From Podarcis cretensis (Eukaryota): 64,000 bases of DNA. Of this stretch, positions 1-10,950 are shown piece after piece. The position numbers and the translations under genes were made by a program. The DNA lies in contig OX638150.1 in the NCBI GenBank assembly GCA_951804945.1, positions 55,552,001-55,616,000 of the forward strand, read 5' to 3'. The notes beneath the pieces are model-generated. The model saw nothing but the letters and a program-made list of their open reading frames with translations, made no database searches and was not told the origin of the DNA. How positions within the stretch are numbered: position 1 is the first letter of the stretch; each line of letters starts with the position of its first letter.

Positions 1-352
1 GGGGCTTGAAGCAGGAAGAGCAGTAGCACCTTCCATACAAGAGAAATCTTAGGTTGCAGGTGTGCAGCCTGTCAGGGGAGGGTACATAAGTCGGCAGAGG
101 AGCAGGGTTTCCTAGTGTCCTAAAATCTGATAACAGAATTAAAGAAATTCACCCTTGAGGCATTGCAGGAGATTATGGTTGATATAACAGACTGATCATA
201 CTTAGAAGTAGACCAGTAGCATACCTGCTTCATTAGAATTAATTTTTGTACTCCCGTTTTCAGATGGAGGTTAGATGATGTAGACCGTTTAGAGGTTCCA
301 CATACAATCAAGTGGTATGTGAATTTTATAAAATAAACGTGTATGTTGCTCA

Positions 353-626
353 TTTAGGTCGGCAACCTAAGGCCCATGGGGGTCATTTAACCAGCCCATG
401 GACCCCCACCACCTACTCGGTTGGCTCCCATGCACCGTGCTAAACCGGAGCAGAGCAGGGACTGGCTTCCGCGACACTGGCTGGCTTCCCATTAGTTGCA
501 GGAAGCTGCTGCACGCCTCCTCCGCGCCAGAAGGAGCGTTTACGCATGTGTGCATGCACTCTGGCTCACCCTGCCGTCTGCGGGACCATGAACTAGCCCA
601 AGTCACAAAAACTTTGCCGACCCCTG
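353..626. mobile_element. hAT-like non-autonomous element
   Basis: AGGTCGGCAA ... TTGCCGACCCCTG terminal inverted motifs, GC/CpG-rich interior. Confidence 0.55.
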
Positions 627-1871
627 CTTTATGTATTGTGTACCAGCAGTGTACCTGCAGCAATTGCATAAATCATGAAGCTGCTATTAATACGTACTAA
701 ATTACAGCCATAGCTGTCTTCTTTCAGTCAGTAGGAAAGGTACAAATTAGTTTGTCTGCTTGTCATATTCTAAGCATTATATACAATATTTATCATTCTT
801 ATATTTCATTCCATTTTTCTGAAATGTCCCTTCTTGAGTACCTGCATACATACATAATATTATTTGCACGCCACCTTTCCATAATATTATTTGCACGCCA
901 CCATGTTCATGGTGGCTTACAGCAAGAAAAAAATACAACTTTAGCATAACAAAACTCGTCAATAAATAAATAAAACATCAAAGAATACACAACCAAACTG
1001 AACAATTTTCACGTAATCTAAAATAAAATACAAAGTGTGTTTAGAGGGTGCACCCCATTTTACTCAATTTCACTTATGTGTGTTGCGGCCCAGAACATAA
1101 CCTGCCCATAATAGGGGAGTCGTCTGTACTGTAGAAAGAGCCTTTTGTTATTGCAGGGACTCAAGACGCAGAGTGCTTAAGACAGTAATAATTAAAGTTC
1201 ATGGAGCACAACCTGTATGATAGAACCTTTGTGTTCTTTATACCACATTCCTAGATGAGGAAAGCCCCATTAATAGGTCATTTGCCTATGGCAGGGCAGT
1301 AAGAGGTGTTCTTTGAACATTGAGGAAATGCTCAACTATCATTTTACCTAATCTCAAAATATCATAACATTCTTGCAATATCTATAAAAATGAAAGCTAA
1401 AAATAAGGTATTGTAGAAGCAAAATTGCTTTCTCTCTGGCAGTAATAGTAATTATAATCTTGGCTTCAACGTTCTAAAAATTCCCTTGCAGGCTGCTGTG
1501 ATTTTTTTAAACAGTGATTTAAACAATAAAAGTGAGTCTCTTAAGAATTGTTGGGATGTTATTCCTGGAATTTTCATTTTTTTCAGCACAACTCTTTTTG
1601 CTTCGCATGTAATCCGTTAAGAGTTAGAAATGTAGTTGTGCGTTTCAGGGGTGTGGTTTAGAGTGCAATCATTTTTAAAAATGATATTTCTTTGGAATCT
1701 TACAGGATGTTCAAAACTTCAGTTTTCAGACTTTTTATTTTAAGGATGTTTGTTTAGAGTTTTTAAAATCGATAGTAATAGATTGTTGTGATGTAATTTA
1801 ACTTACCATTTTCCCTGCTAATGCCTCAGTCTATGTGAATAATTTTAGTAGCTATATCAGTTGTTTTTCAG

Positions 1872-2280
1872 TACTGTTAGTTGACCAACATATGACTTAG
1901 CGTTCTGCCTGGCATCCAAAAGTTAAATATGCCCATCTCTCTCACCTTGGGAATTGGGAATAATTGTGCTGTATTTGGCAGTGATATATCAAAGGCAGCC
2001 AAACCTACTCTGTGTCAAAAAACACAACTGAAGGAGGGGAAGGTCAGCGAAGAATGAACTAAAACAAAAGCCAACCAAAAAAACACAGCCAAAATCAGGC
2101 CAAAGTGATGTTTTGGTCCACCACCTTGTTTCAAAATGGTGGCTAGCATCCAAACATCAACAAAGATTGCCACTCCCACCTTCAGACTCCTCCTGCCAAG
2201 TTTGGTGATGATATCTCGAGTGGTGTCTGAACGTATAGACGACAGACAGACAAAGCATTTTCTAAAATATGTAGTAGATT
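1872..2280 (+). mobile_element. Possible non-autonomous Helitron/Helentron-like element
   Basis: 3' architecture GCCAAGTTTGGTGATGAT...(ACAG)n...ATATGTAGTAGAT resembles microsatellite-bearing rolling-circle elements; 5' end uncertain. Confidence 0.35.
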
Positions 2281-4179
2281 GTATGGCATAATTATTTTCT
2301 GTTCAGGTTAGGTTTGATTGACATTATCATTTTAAATTGTTCTTTTTTTTTGTTATATTTATTATTATTCATGATATATTGTGAGCCACCCCGGGCATAG
2401 TTTTGTGGAAGACTGGCATACAGATAAACGCATGATGCTAATGACACTTCTCCACTTGGTGTAGGTTTCTTAATAGCTGTGCACTGCATGACCCCATGCA
2501 GCCACTGCCCTTTGATTACTGTTAGAAAGGGCATGCGTCTTTTTCCCATTGGTTGCTATTCATCATTGGTAAAGAAGTATGATCTCCAGCCCCACTCAGT
2601 GGCAGACATATCCAGCAGATTCATGTAGATGTTAGGAGCATTAGGGACAAGACTGGCAGTTTCTTCTTGTAGTTGAAGTGGAACTGCAGTTCAGATTATG
2701 TATAGGCATTGCCATCTCATTTAATGAAACATAAACCAGCAATTAGAGTTCATAATACCAAAATAGGAGCGGTTCTCTTCTTCCTCCACCCCTACTCCCA
2801 CCCTGTAGTGTAGCGTCTCTATCAGCTGTCCCAGAAATAAAACAATTTGAATATTTTCTTCTACAAATGTTTAAATATTCCCCACCAAGCCTTGGAAACT
2901 TGATACAGTCAAACCCTTGAGCTGTGACAGAAAGTTTGTGACACTTAACCTTTAGCTTTCAGACCTTCAACTTATTTTATAAAGAGGCATCCTAAGCTTG
3001 CTTTTATTTTAAAAACTTTCCCAAAACAATGCAAAAATATTTTCTGAAATATGGAATAAAGCATACCTTTACCTTTAAAAGGGGCAGGGTGGTACAGAAA
3101 ACAAGAAAGGCAGAATTTATTACATGGTGGTTAGCACAAAAGTATGGTGAAGCTGAAGGCTTGTTGGTAGACGAGAGAAATTTCTTCTGTTGCAACTTCC
3201 TGAAAACTTTCCAAGCTAATACAGAGTTCTCAGGTTAGCTTGTAACTATGTTCAGTACCACTTGCACACTTTGTTTTAGCCATAATGTTATCTGTTGTTT
3301 CTCATAGACCTTCCTCCCAGTTGTACTGGGTTCTTTCAGTGAATGTTGCTCCATTCATTTTATGCTTGTGAGTTCCACTGAAAAATAGCATTTTTGAATC
3401 CTACCTTTTAGTGTAATATTAGACAATTTATTCCGAACATGTAAGTTTGGACCTTGTGCTTGAGTGAAAGACTTTGGCAAATCATTAATAAACAAAATTA
3501 GGTTGGGTAACATGGTTTGTCAATAGAAATTGTCCTCTGAACTTTCAGAGGACCCTTATCTTTGCCTTCTGGAAGTAAATACACTTATTTTATAATGGGG
3601 TATAAACCTGCTTTTTGAGAATAAAAGGTAAAAACTATTTTAAACACATGCTGTTACTGGCTAATAATCATGGCGTTTAACAACCCAACACACCTGTATT
3701 TTATAACTGCTGCATTTTTTCATCTGCCTAGTTCTGGGTTGTAAATCTGATAAATCCTTTCTCCCACTTCTAGCTTTGTGTTTGCAAAAGTAGTTTTACT
3801 CTTCAACTTGTTAAAATAAAAAATGGACTGTAAGGGAAGTATTAGCAGTGGGCATCACTGCAGTGAAGCATTTTTGTTGTGCTGAATTGTATTTTTAAAG
3901 GTTATGAAGCAAAGCTAAAACTTACTCAGGGATGAGGAACCTTTTCAGACCATGAGTTGTATTCCCTTGTGAATAACATCCTTGGGACACATGCCAGTGA
4001 GGGTTGGGAACAGAGACAAAAGTGGGTGGAGCAATTAATGGAAATATTACCTTTGCACAGTAGCCTAGTTTTTACGCACAAACTAGAGATGCCTGCTGTA
4101 TAGTTTCAGACAACTGGAGGAGGGGTTACTTTGTTCTAGGGGTACATTCTCTGTCATCAGTCGAACAATCAGCTTTGAG

Positions 4180-4900
4180 TGTCTCTAACTGGTGCTGGGT
4201 TCTCATGACGGTGTGCTAAGAGAAGCCCTCATCCTATGTCCCTCCCTTGTGGTCTTGAGTGTTGGCAGGGTGTACCTTGGATCTTGTTTCTCTACAGAAG
4301 TAGAGGGAAATAATATGTGGGTGTGAGAGAAACAACTCCATGGGTATGTACAGATCATTAACTGATCAGATTTGGTCTACTCCCTGGAAGCTGATGGATC
4401 TGGATGGTTTTCTGAAGCCAATTGGAGATTTTCTCACAGGTTTAACTGGCAGTCTTATTGAGGTCTCTGCTTAGAATGAGGATATGACTTAGGTCATCAG
4501 TACAACTACTTCAAAATGTTTTCTGTCTGTCTGTAGATCTGGTGTCAGCTCCTTGGTATTCAGAGGAACCTTGTTAGTTCTCCTGGACCTCAACAGCTTT
4601 CAGTACCGTTGTCCATGGTAACCTTATCTGGATTAGTTTGGAAGGCATGGTTTTAAAGTGATTGTGGTACTTCTGAAGGAGAGGTTCCAGAAGATGGTGC
4701 TGGGGAACTTTTGCTCTACTCTACAGCCAAAGCTGCCTTATGTCCTACGGAAGTATTATATTGTAAATACTAAAGAACAAGGGAGCCATGTAAACCAGTG
4801 GGGGGAAGTCTTCCAGAGATTTGGGTTGCAATGTCATCAGCGTGTAAATGACACTCGGCTTTACCTCTCGTTTCAAGCTTTCTTGAATATAGGCATACTA
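4180..4900 (+). mobile_element. Degenerate L2/CR1-clade LINE reverse-transcriptase remnant
   Basis: Decayed LLDLS-AFDTV-HG motif at ~4580-4630 and GEVFQRFGLQCHQRVNDTRLYLSF (YADD region decayed) at ~4800-4875; frameshifted. Confidence 0.7.
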
Positions 4901-5987
4901 CCATGTGCCCTAGGAAAGTTAATTGAGTAAATTTTTATGTGTTATGGGGGTTAGATTAATTAAGTGAAGGAGGTATCTGGAGTTTGATCCTGAAAGTGCA
5001 CAGAGGCAATACCACCTCTAAACAGAACTAAGACTGTTGGTTTAGCTAAAGTCTAAATATAAATATAAAGGACAACAGCCAGGATAGTGGTGGAGTTCAT
5101 ACTTGGATTGTAGGGGTGTTCTGCTGGTGCTTTGAGCACTCATACCAATTTCTCCAAGGAAGGGGCCAAGTGCCTGAGTGAAAGTTGGTTATCCACATTG
5201 GCCTGGGCCTCAACTTTGTGGCTGGTGGGTGTAGCACATAGTGGCATAGACCTACAGTGGCTTCTGTTTTTGGTTGCAATCCAAACAAGCCCTGCATCAT
5301 CTCTTCATTTGGAGCTTAGGATTCAGTTACCTAAGCAGATCTCATAAGTGTGCACCTTGTTTTGCTCAATTTTGCTGTGTAAGCTCAAATGCTAAGATTC
5401 AGTTGCATCACAGAGTCAAACTTCCTTCAGCAACAAGCTTAGTTCCAGTTGTAACTGGGCCAATCATTATGTAATGTTTCATCCCACAGAAAGTGTTGTG
5501 TGTTTTTTATCCCATTGAAAGTATCATGTGTGCAAAACAAAGCATTAAAAAAATAGTTGATCCTAATGGCCTCAAGATAATACTTTTAAAGAGCATCTAG
5601 GCTGACTTCCAGCTGACATCCAAGCACCATTTATTGAAATAAAAATTGCATACATTAAATACAAGTACATAGCATGCATCCACAATGCATTTCCCTACTT
5701 GTTTTTTCTTCCAGTTATGGAATAAATAGGGTGAAAACATACTTTTAAATATTGTGCCTTTTAAAATCTCAGGCTCTGCCTTCAGTATTACTGTAACAGC
5801 ACTTTCTTTTTATGGTTTCAAAATGTGAAGTACTTTACTGTGAGTATAATGAATTCAGCAAAAACTCAAGATGCTTTTCTTGTGTTTTGGTTAACAGAGC
5901 AGAGTAAGAGTCATTGTTTTTGTAACTTAGTATTTCTATACTTTAATTCCTTTCTTTAGTTTGGTCTGTGTTTTGTTGTTTCCTTAG

Positions 5988-6151
5988 CCCTGGAATGAGA
6001 TCTGATGTAAGCACTTCACCATCTACCTCTTCAACAACTACGGGACCACCTCCCAAGCTCTGCCTTGTTTGCTCAGATGAGGCTTCTGGGTGTCATTATG
6101 GTGTCCTAACTTGTGGCAGCTGCAAAGTGTTCTTCAAAAGAGCTGTGGAAG
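5988..6151 (+). CDS. NR3C1: NR3C1 coding exon (human exon 3 equivalent): first zinc finger / P-box of the DBD
   Basis: ttccttag|CCC acceptor, GAAG|gtagga donor; encodes (S)[54 protein letters not shown](G), the GR-type DBD. Confidence 0.98.
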
Positions 6152-8046
6152 GTAGGATATATCACAATTATTTAAAACGTATAGTCTATATCTCTCCTCA
6201 AATGTTTGTGGGTTTTTATAAAGGTTTGGAGTTCATTTCCATGCTATCTCTTCCTATCTCTTGCAAAATCCTTGGTCTTCAGTAGCCATCTTCAAGTATT
6301 TTTCTGTGTGAGTGTGTGTATGTGCGTGTTAAGTAAGCATGTGAAAGCAGCCGGTGGGAATAAGCATTCTGGCTCTACCTCCTGTTCCCATTCCATTGCT
6401 TTTCTCAAGTTGGAGGGCAGACTTCTAAAGTGGGAGCCTTCTATACTTGTGGAAGCTACCTTCTTCAGATGTTCGCCCTCCAAATCATGGGTGGTGATGT
6501 GGGTGGAGCCAGAACTAGCTTGCTCTCCTAACTCTTCTTCATGTATTTACCTAACATGAAAGAACAAATAGCCAAAGAGGGCTGTTTTGTTTATTTTTAT
6601 TTACAATACAGCCCACTCTTCATTTATGGTATAGCTCACTCGTCATTGAATATTTGCAATCCCAGAGCATGGAGCAAAGTAATAAAAATAAACAGAGGAA
6701 AATAGTATACAATATTGCAAAAAAACATATAAACAGGCCCAAGAAATAGAAACTTAAAAATTATGTCATGAGAAAAGCAAGCAAAACTACATTAATAAAA
6801 TTAAAAATTTCCAATTTAACCAAATACCTAGGTAAAAGCAAACACAAGATGTTCAAACAGTTTAAACAACCAATGGTTTTAGCAAGTTCCCACCCTGTTT
6901 TTCACTAATGGTAGTCTGCTCTTTTCATTGTCTCCCCACACAAAGAGGGCCCCACTCTCTGCCAGACGATTCTCAGTGTAACTGCTTACCCAACCTCCAG
7001 GATACCACACCATAGTGTTGTTTACGATCCTTGCACACTAGGCATTGGAATCCCGCCCTCTCCCAATTAATATTAAGCAGGAACTTTTCCTGTATGGTTT
7101 ACAGCAAACTAAGCCAGACATGTAATGTTAAACATCCATAATACAATAAGATAATAAGTTGTTTTAAAACTTCTGATTTTATTTATATCTTGACAAGTTT
7201 TAGGTCAAGTTGTTTTCAATGTTTGATTTTATTTGTAAATAGATTCTAGTAAATAGACCCTGGTAAATAGATCTACTAAGGTTCACTCTTCTCCCATTGT
7301 TTAACACTGCTATTTAATTCAATATGGAAAGAATCTGCTCTTTAAAAGTTATAGTTGACTTTACTTTGCTTCCAAGGTTTGCTTATACTTGGATCTTTGG
7401 TTCCATAAAAATTCCAAAGGATTTACTTTGCCTGCTTCACAAGCTCCAAAAACCAAATAGTTTCCTCCCTGTTCTTTTAAAGTGGTAAAATCAATATGTC
7501 CTAAAGCAGCATTTCAAAACAAAATTTCCCAAACTGGATTACTGGCTGCTTGCTCTGGTGGTACCAACTTTAACCTAAAAAATGCAGAGAATACGTACTT
7601 CTGTTCCAGGAAAAAAGTATGGATAGACATTTTATAGTGAACTATTCCATAGTGAGTTTTTGAAAAAGCAGTTTACTTTTTTCAAAAGTTCTGTGTTGGA
7701 GAAATTATACAGTACAATAAAATGACTACTTGGATATATACATTGATATAAAAATGTGAGTGGTCACAAAAAGTACTCCAGTTCCACACTGATTTCCTAG
7801 CAACTGACATTCTGCTGCAGATGTTCAGCCTCTTTCTGTCTCATCCATCTCAGATTTTCATGGACATGTACCTATAGAATACTGGAACAATGTAGGCCTT
7901 CCTTATATTCACTCCTTCTCCAATACCTCTCATCTGACTGCAATTTTTTTGTGTAAACCCCCCCCCCTTCAGAGCAAAAAAGGGAAGTGGGAGACTTGCA
8001 GATGATTTAAAAAACCTCTTCCTACTTCCCTTTTAATTCACTGATA

Positions 8047-8408
8047 AGGTAAAGGTAAAGGTACCCCTGCCCGTACGGGCCAGTCTTGACAGACTCTGGG
8101 GTTGTGCACCCATCTCACTTAAGAGGCCAGGGGCCAGCGCTGTCCGGAGACACTTCCGGGTCACGTGGCCAGCGTGACATCGCTGCTCTGGCGAGCCAGA
8201 GCCGCACACGGAAACGCTGTTTACCTTCCCGCTGGTAAGCGGTCCCTATTTATCTACTTGCACCCGGAGGTGCTTTCGAACTGCTAGGGTGGCAGGCGCT
8301 GGGACCGAGCAGCGGGAGCGCACCCCGCCGCAGGGATTCGAACCGCCGACCTTTCGATCGGCAAGTCCTAGGCCCTGAGGCTTTAACCCACAGCGCCACC
8401 TGCGTCCC
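8047..8408 (-). mobile_element. Sauria SINE, young full-length copy
   Basis: tRNA-like head with B box GGTTCGAATCC, (ACCTTT)n tail, 14-bp TSD TTAATTCACTGATA (8033-8046 / 8409-8422). Confidence 0.92.
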
Positions 8409-8622
8409 TTAATTCACTGATATTGGGGTCTTAAAAGGGAAATGGGAGGGTGTTTGCAAAAAACCTTTGCAATTCTCTTCCTTCCCTGCTTAAGATTGGA
8501 TTTCAAGGGATTTTGTAAAGTGGACAGCCTGCTCACCTGTCAGATTTTACCTGTGAGTAAGATCCTGAAAAAGGTCTGGCCCTTGGAGCCAAAAAGGGAG
8601 GGGGAGCTTGAGACCAAAATTT

Positions 8623-8623
<1 letters not shown>

Positions 8624-8663
<40 letters not shown>
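8624..8663. repeat. (AC)20 microsatellite, NR3C1 intron 3
   Basis: Direct reading. Confidence 0.97.
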
Positions 8664-8665
<2 letters not shown>

Positions 8666-8987
8666 TCATGCCCCTTAAGCAAGACACTGCATTTTGGGAA
8701 GGAGGTGTGAGGGCTCTGGCAGGGTCCTAGAGCCCACCCATCTCCTTCTCAAAGCTGGGAAAGAGCTAACTAGGCTTTGGGAAAGGGGGGGGGCTGTAGA
8801 ACCCTGTCGGAGCCCTCATGCATCCTTTCCAAAGCCCAGCACCTTGCTTACCTGGCTTTGGGAAGGCAGTACAAGGGCTGCAGTTAGACCATCCTGATGT
8901 ACATGGATAGGATAGATAAGTCCATTTGTTTCTTCTCTTCCCCAACCCAACAAGTGCATGTTAGAAATTAAATGCTCATAATTATAA

Positions 8988-9161
<174 letters not shown>

Positions 9162-9766
9162 TAGAAAATCCTTCATTTTTGCATATATAAAAGATGGAAA
9201 GCCTCTTTGCACATTACTCATATGAAGATGTCCCAAATATAGAAAAAGACAGTGGGGACATGTTGCATCCAATGCCACACATCTTTTTCCTGGCCTTTCC
9301 TATGATGTGCAGCTGTGATGGCAGCCTGTACCCATAGACTCAGAAATCCATGCCTAATATGTGAACATAAGGGATGGGGGAAGCTGCATGATGTTGAGTG
9401 CAGGACTGGTGGCCTAGTCCCTCTGCTTCATTCTACACATTGATCCCATCACTGGAATAATGCATGAAGTGGGTTAGTGTAAGTTTCAATAGTGGGAGTG
9501 GTCCCTACTCACAATTCAATAGTCAATAATAACAAAAACTAATCCATTCAAAAGTATGTATTATAATAAAGATTACAAACTCAAATAGAGATTATAAACT
9601 CTAATAGAGATTACAAACTCAAAGAGATATGTATAACACAATAATTTGTTTAAAAGATTTTCTCTTTTTGACTCGACAGTAATGTTGATCCTTATAATTT
9701 ATCAGCTTGCAGATGGAGACTCAGTTTCAATCATAGAGCAGAAGTCAGAAGTCAGTTATGGATTGG

Positions 9767-9816
9767 AAACCAGGACAGGGCCCTGTTTCGATGTATTCAC
9801 CTTCATCAGCTAATTT
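9767..9816 (-). ncRNA. Minimal type I hammerhead ribozyme motif (antisense to NR3C1)
   Basis: - strand reads AAAUUAG-CUGAUGA-A-GGUG-AAUA-CAUC-GAA-ACAGGGCCCUGU-C-CUGGUUU: intact core, 4-bp stem II, palindromic stem III, GUC site, 7-bp stem I with two G-U pairs. Confidence 0.8.
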
Positions 9817-9940
9817 TTAAATTTGAAGTTTGTAAGTTTGAAGACTTTCGGATAAATATATCCTGTTATTTTCTATATATCTATATATAACAGGATATAT
9901 TTATCCGAAAATCTTCAGACTTACAAACTTCAAACTTAAA

Positions 9941-9993
9941 AATTAGCTGATGAAGGTGAATACATCGAAACAGGGCCCTGTTCCTGTCCTATT
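9941..9993 (+). ncRNA. Hammerhead ribozyme motif, sense copy in NR3C1 intron 4 (rearranged 3' side)
   Basis: CTGATGA 9947-9953, stem II GGTG/CATC, GAAA 9967-9970, then CAGGGCCCTGTTCCTGTC; stem I is only partial. Confidence 0.65.
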
Positions 9994-10450
9994 GACTATT
10001 GAATTGTGAGTAGGGACCACTCCCACTATTGAAACTTACATTGGCCTGAATTCTTGGTGTGCTTTTTGCTTGGTATATTTAATAACAAAGACTCCAACTT
10101 ATTTAACTTATTTAAGTGGGTTAGTGGCAATATATGCAGTTGTTTAATGTTTTCTGAATGACTATTTATCACTGTATATGTTTAACATATGCACGTCTTT
10201 CTTGGCAGAACTTAGATATTTCTTTCAACATACATTTCCAATCTTTCCCAGACTCTCATAAGAACTGTATTTTGCACTGAAGTAGTATGATTGGTATGCA
10301 TGCTAATCTCTTTTTTCCGTTTCTCTTCTTTTTGTTTTCACTTTCCGATTTCACGTATTTTCAGTAAATACTGTGGTTGGGAAAACCCCACACTTGGAGT
10401 GTACAACAGTTTGAATGCAAATCAGGAAGAAACAAAAATGTTGACTCATC

Positions 10451-10950
10451 GGGTGGTATTCTATACCAGTTCTAATCAGAGTTAGACCCATTGAAGTTAA
10501 TCAACACCACTAACTTCTGTTCACTAATTTCAGTGGGTCTACTCTGAGTAGCAGGGACGCAGGTGGCGCTGTGGGTTAAAGCCTCAGTGCCTAGGACTTG
10601 CCGATCGAAAGGTCGGCGGTTCGAATCCCTGCGGCGGGGTGCGCTCCCGCTGCTCGGTCCCAGCGCCTGCCAACCTAGCAGTTCGAAAGCACCTCCGGGT
10701 GCAAGTAGATAAATAGGGACCGCTTACCAGCGGGAAGGTAAACGGCGTTTCCGTGTGCGGCTCTGGCTCGCCAGAGCAGCGATGTCACGCTGGCCACGTG
10801 ACCCGGAAGTGTCTCCGGACAGCGCTGGCCCCTGGCCTCTTGAGTGAGATGGGCGCACAACCCCAGAGTCTGTCAAGACTGGCCCGTATGGGCAGGGGTA
10901 CCTTTACCTTTACCTTTTACTCTGAGTAGCACCTGGTTGAGTGCAATCCA
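10451..10950. repeat. Older palindromic repeat (CAGAGTTAGACCCATTGAA / TTCAGTGGGTCTACTCTG) interrupted by the 10554 SINE
   Basis: Inverted arms at ~10478-10495 and ~10529-10546; flanks GGGTGGTATTC / GAGTGCAATCC; similar decayed palindromes near 28330-28408 and 56533-56610. Confidence 0.55.
10554..10917 (+). mobile_element. Sauria SINE, young full-length copy
   Basis: About 6 differences from the 8047-8408 copy; 14-bp TSD TACTCTGAGTAGCA (10540-10553 / 10918-10931). Confidence 0.92.

Larger units (their letters stand above)
9480..10113. mobile_element. Penelope-like retroelement remnant (inverted pseudo-LTR arrangement) with 13-bp TSD
   Basis: TSD AAGTGGGTTAGTG at 9467-9479 and 10114-10126; outer inverted arms 9478-9528/9990-10040; inner arms 9775-9869/9887-9981; two hammerhead cores; (AACTTATTT)2 at the right end; ~19-bp tandem repeat at ~9570-9628. 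Confidence 0.8.

Noticed and set aside
853-902. Direct repeat CATAATATTATTTGCACGCCACC x2 (similar short duplications at ~26033-26075 and ~60340-60392)
   Set aside because: Two-unit local duplications only; not an array and not CRISPR-like in a vertebrate genome
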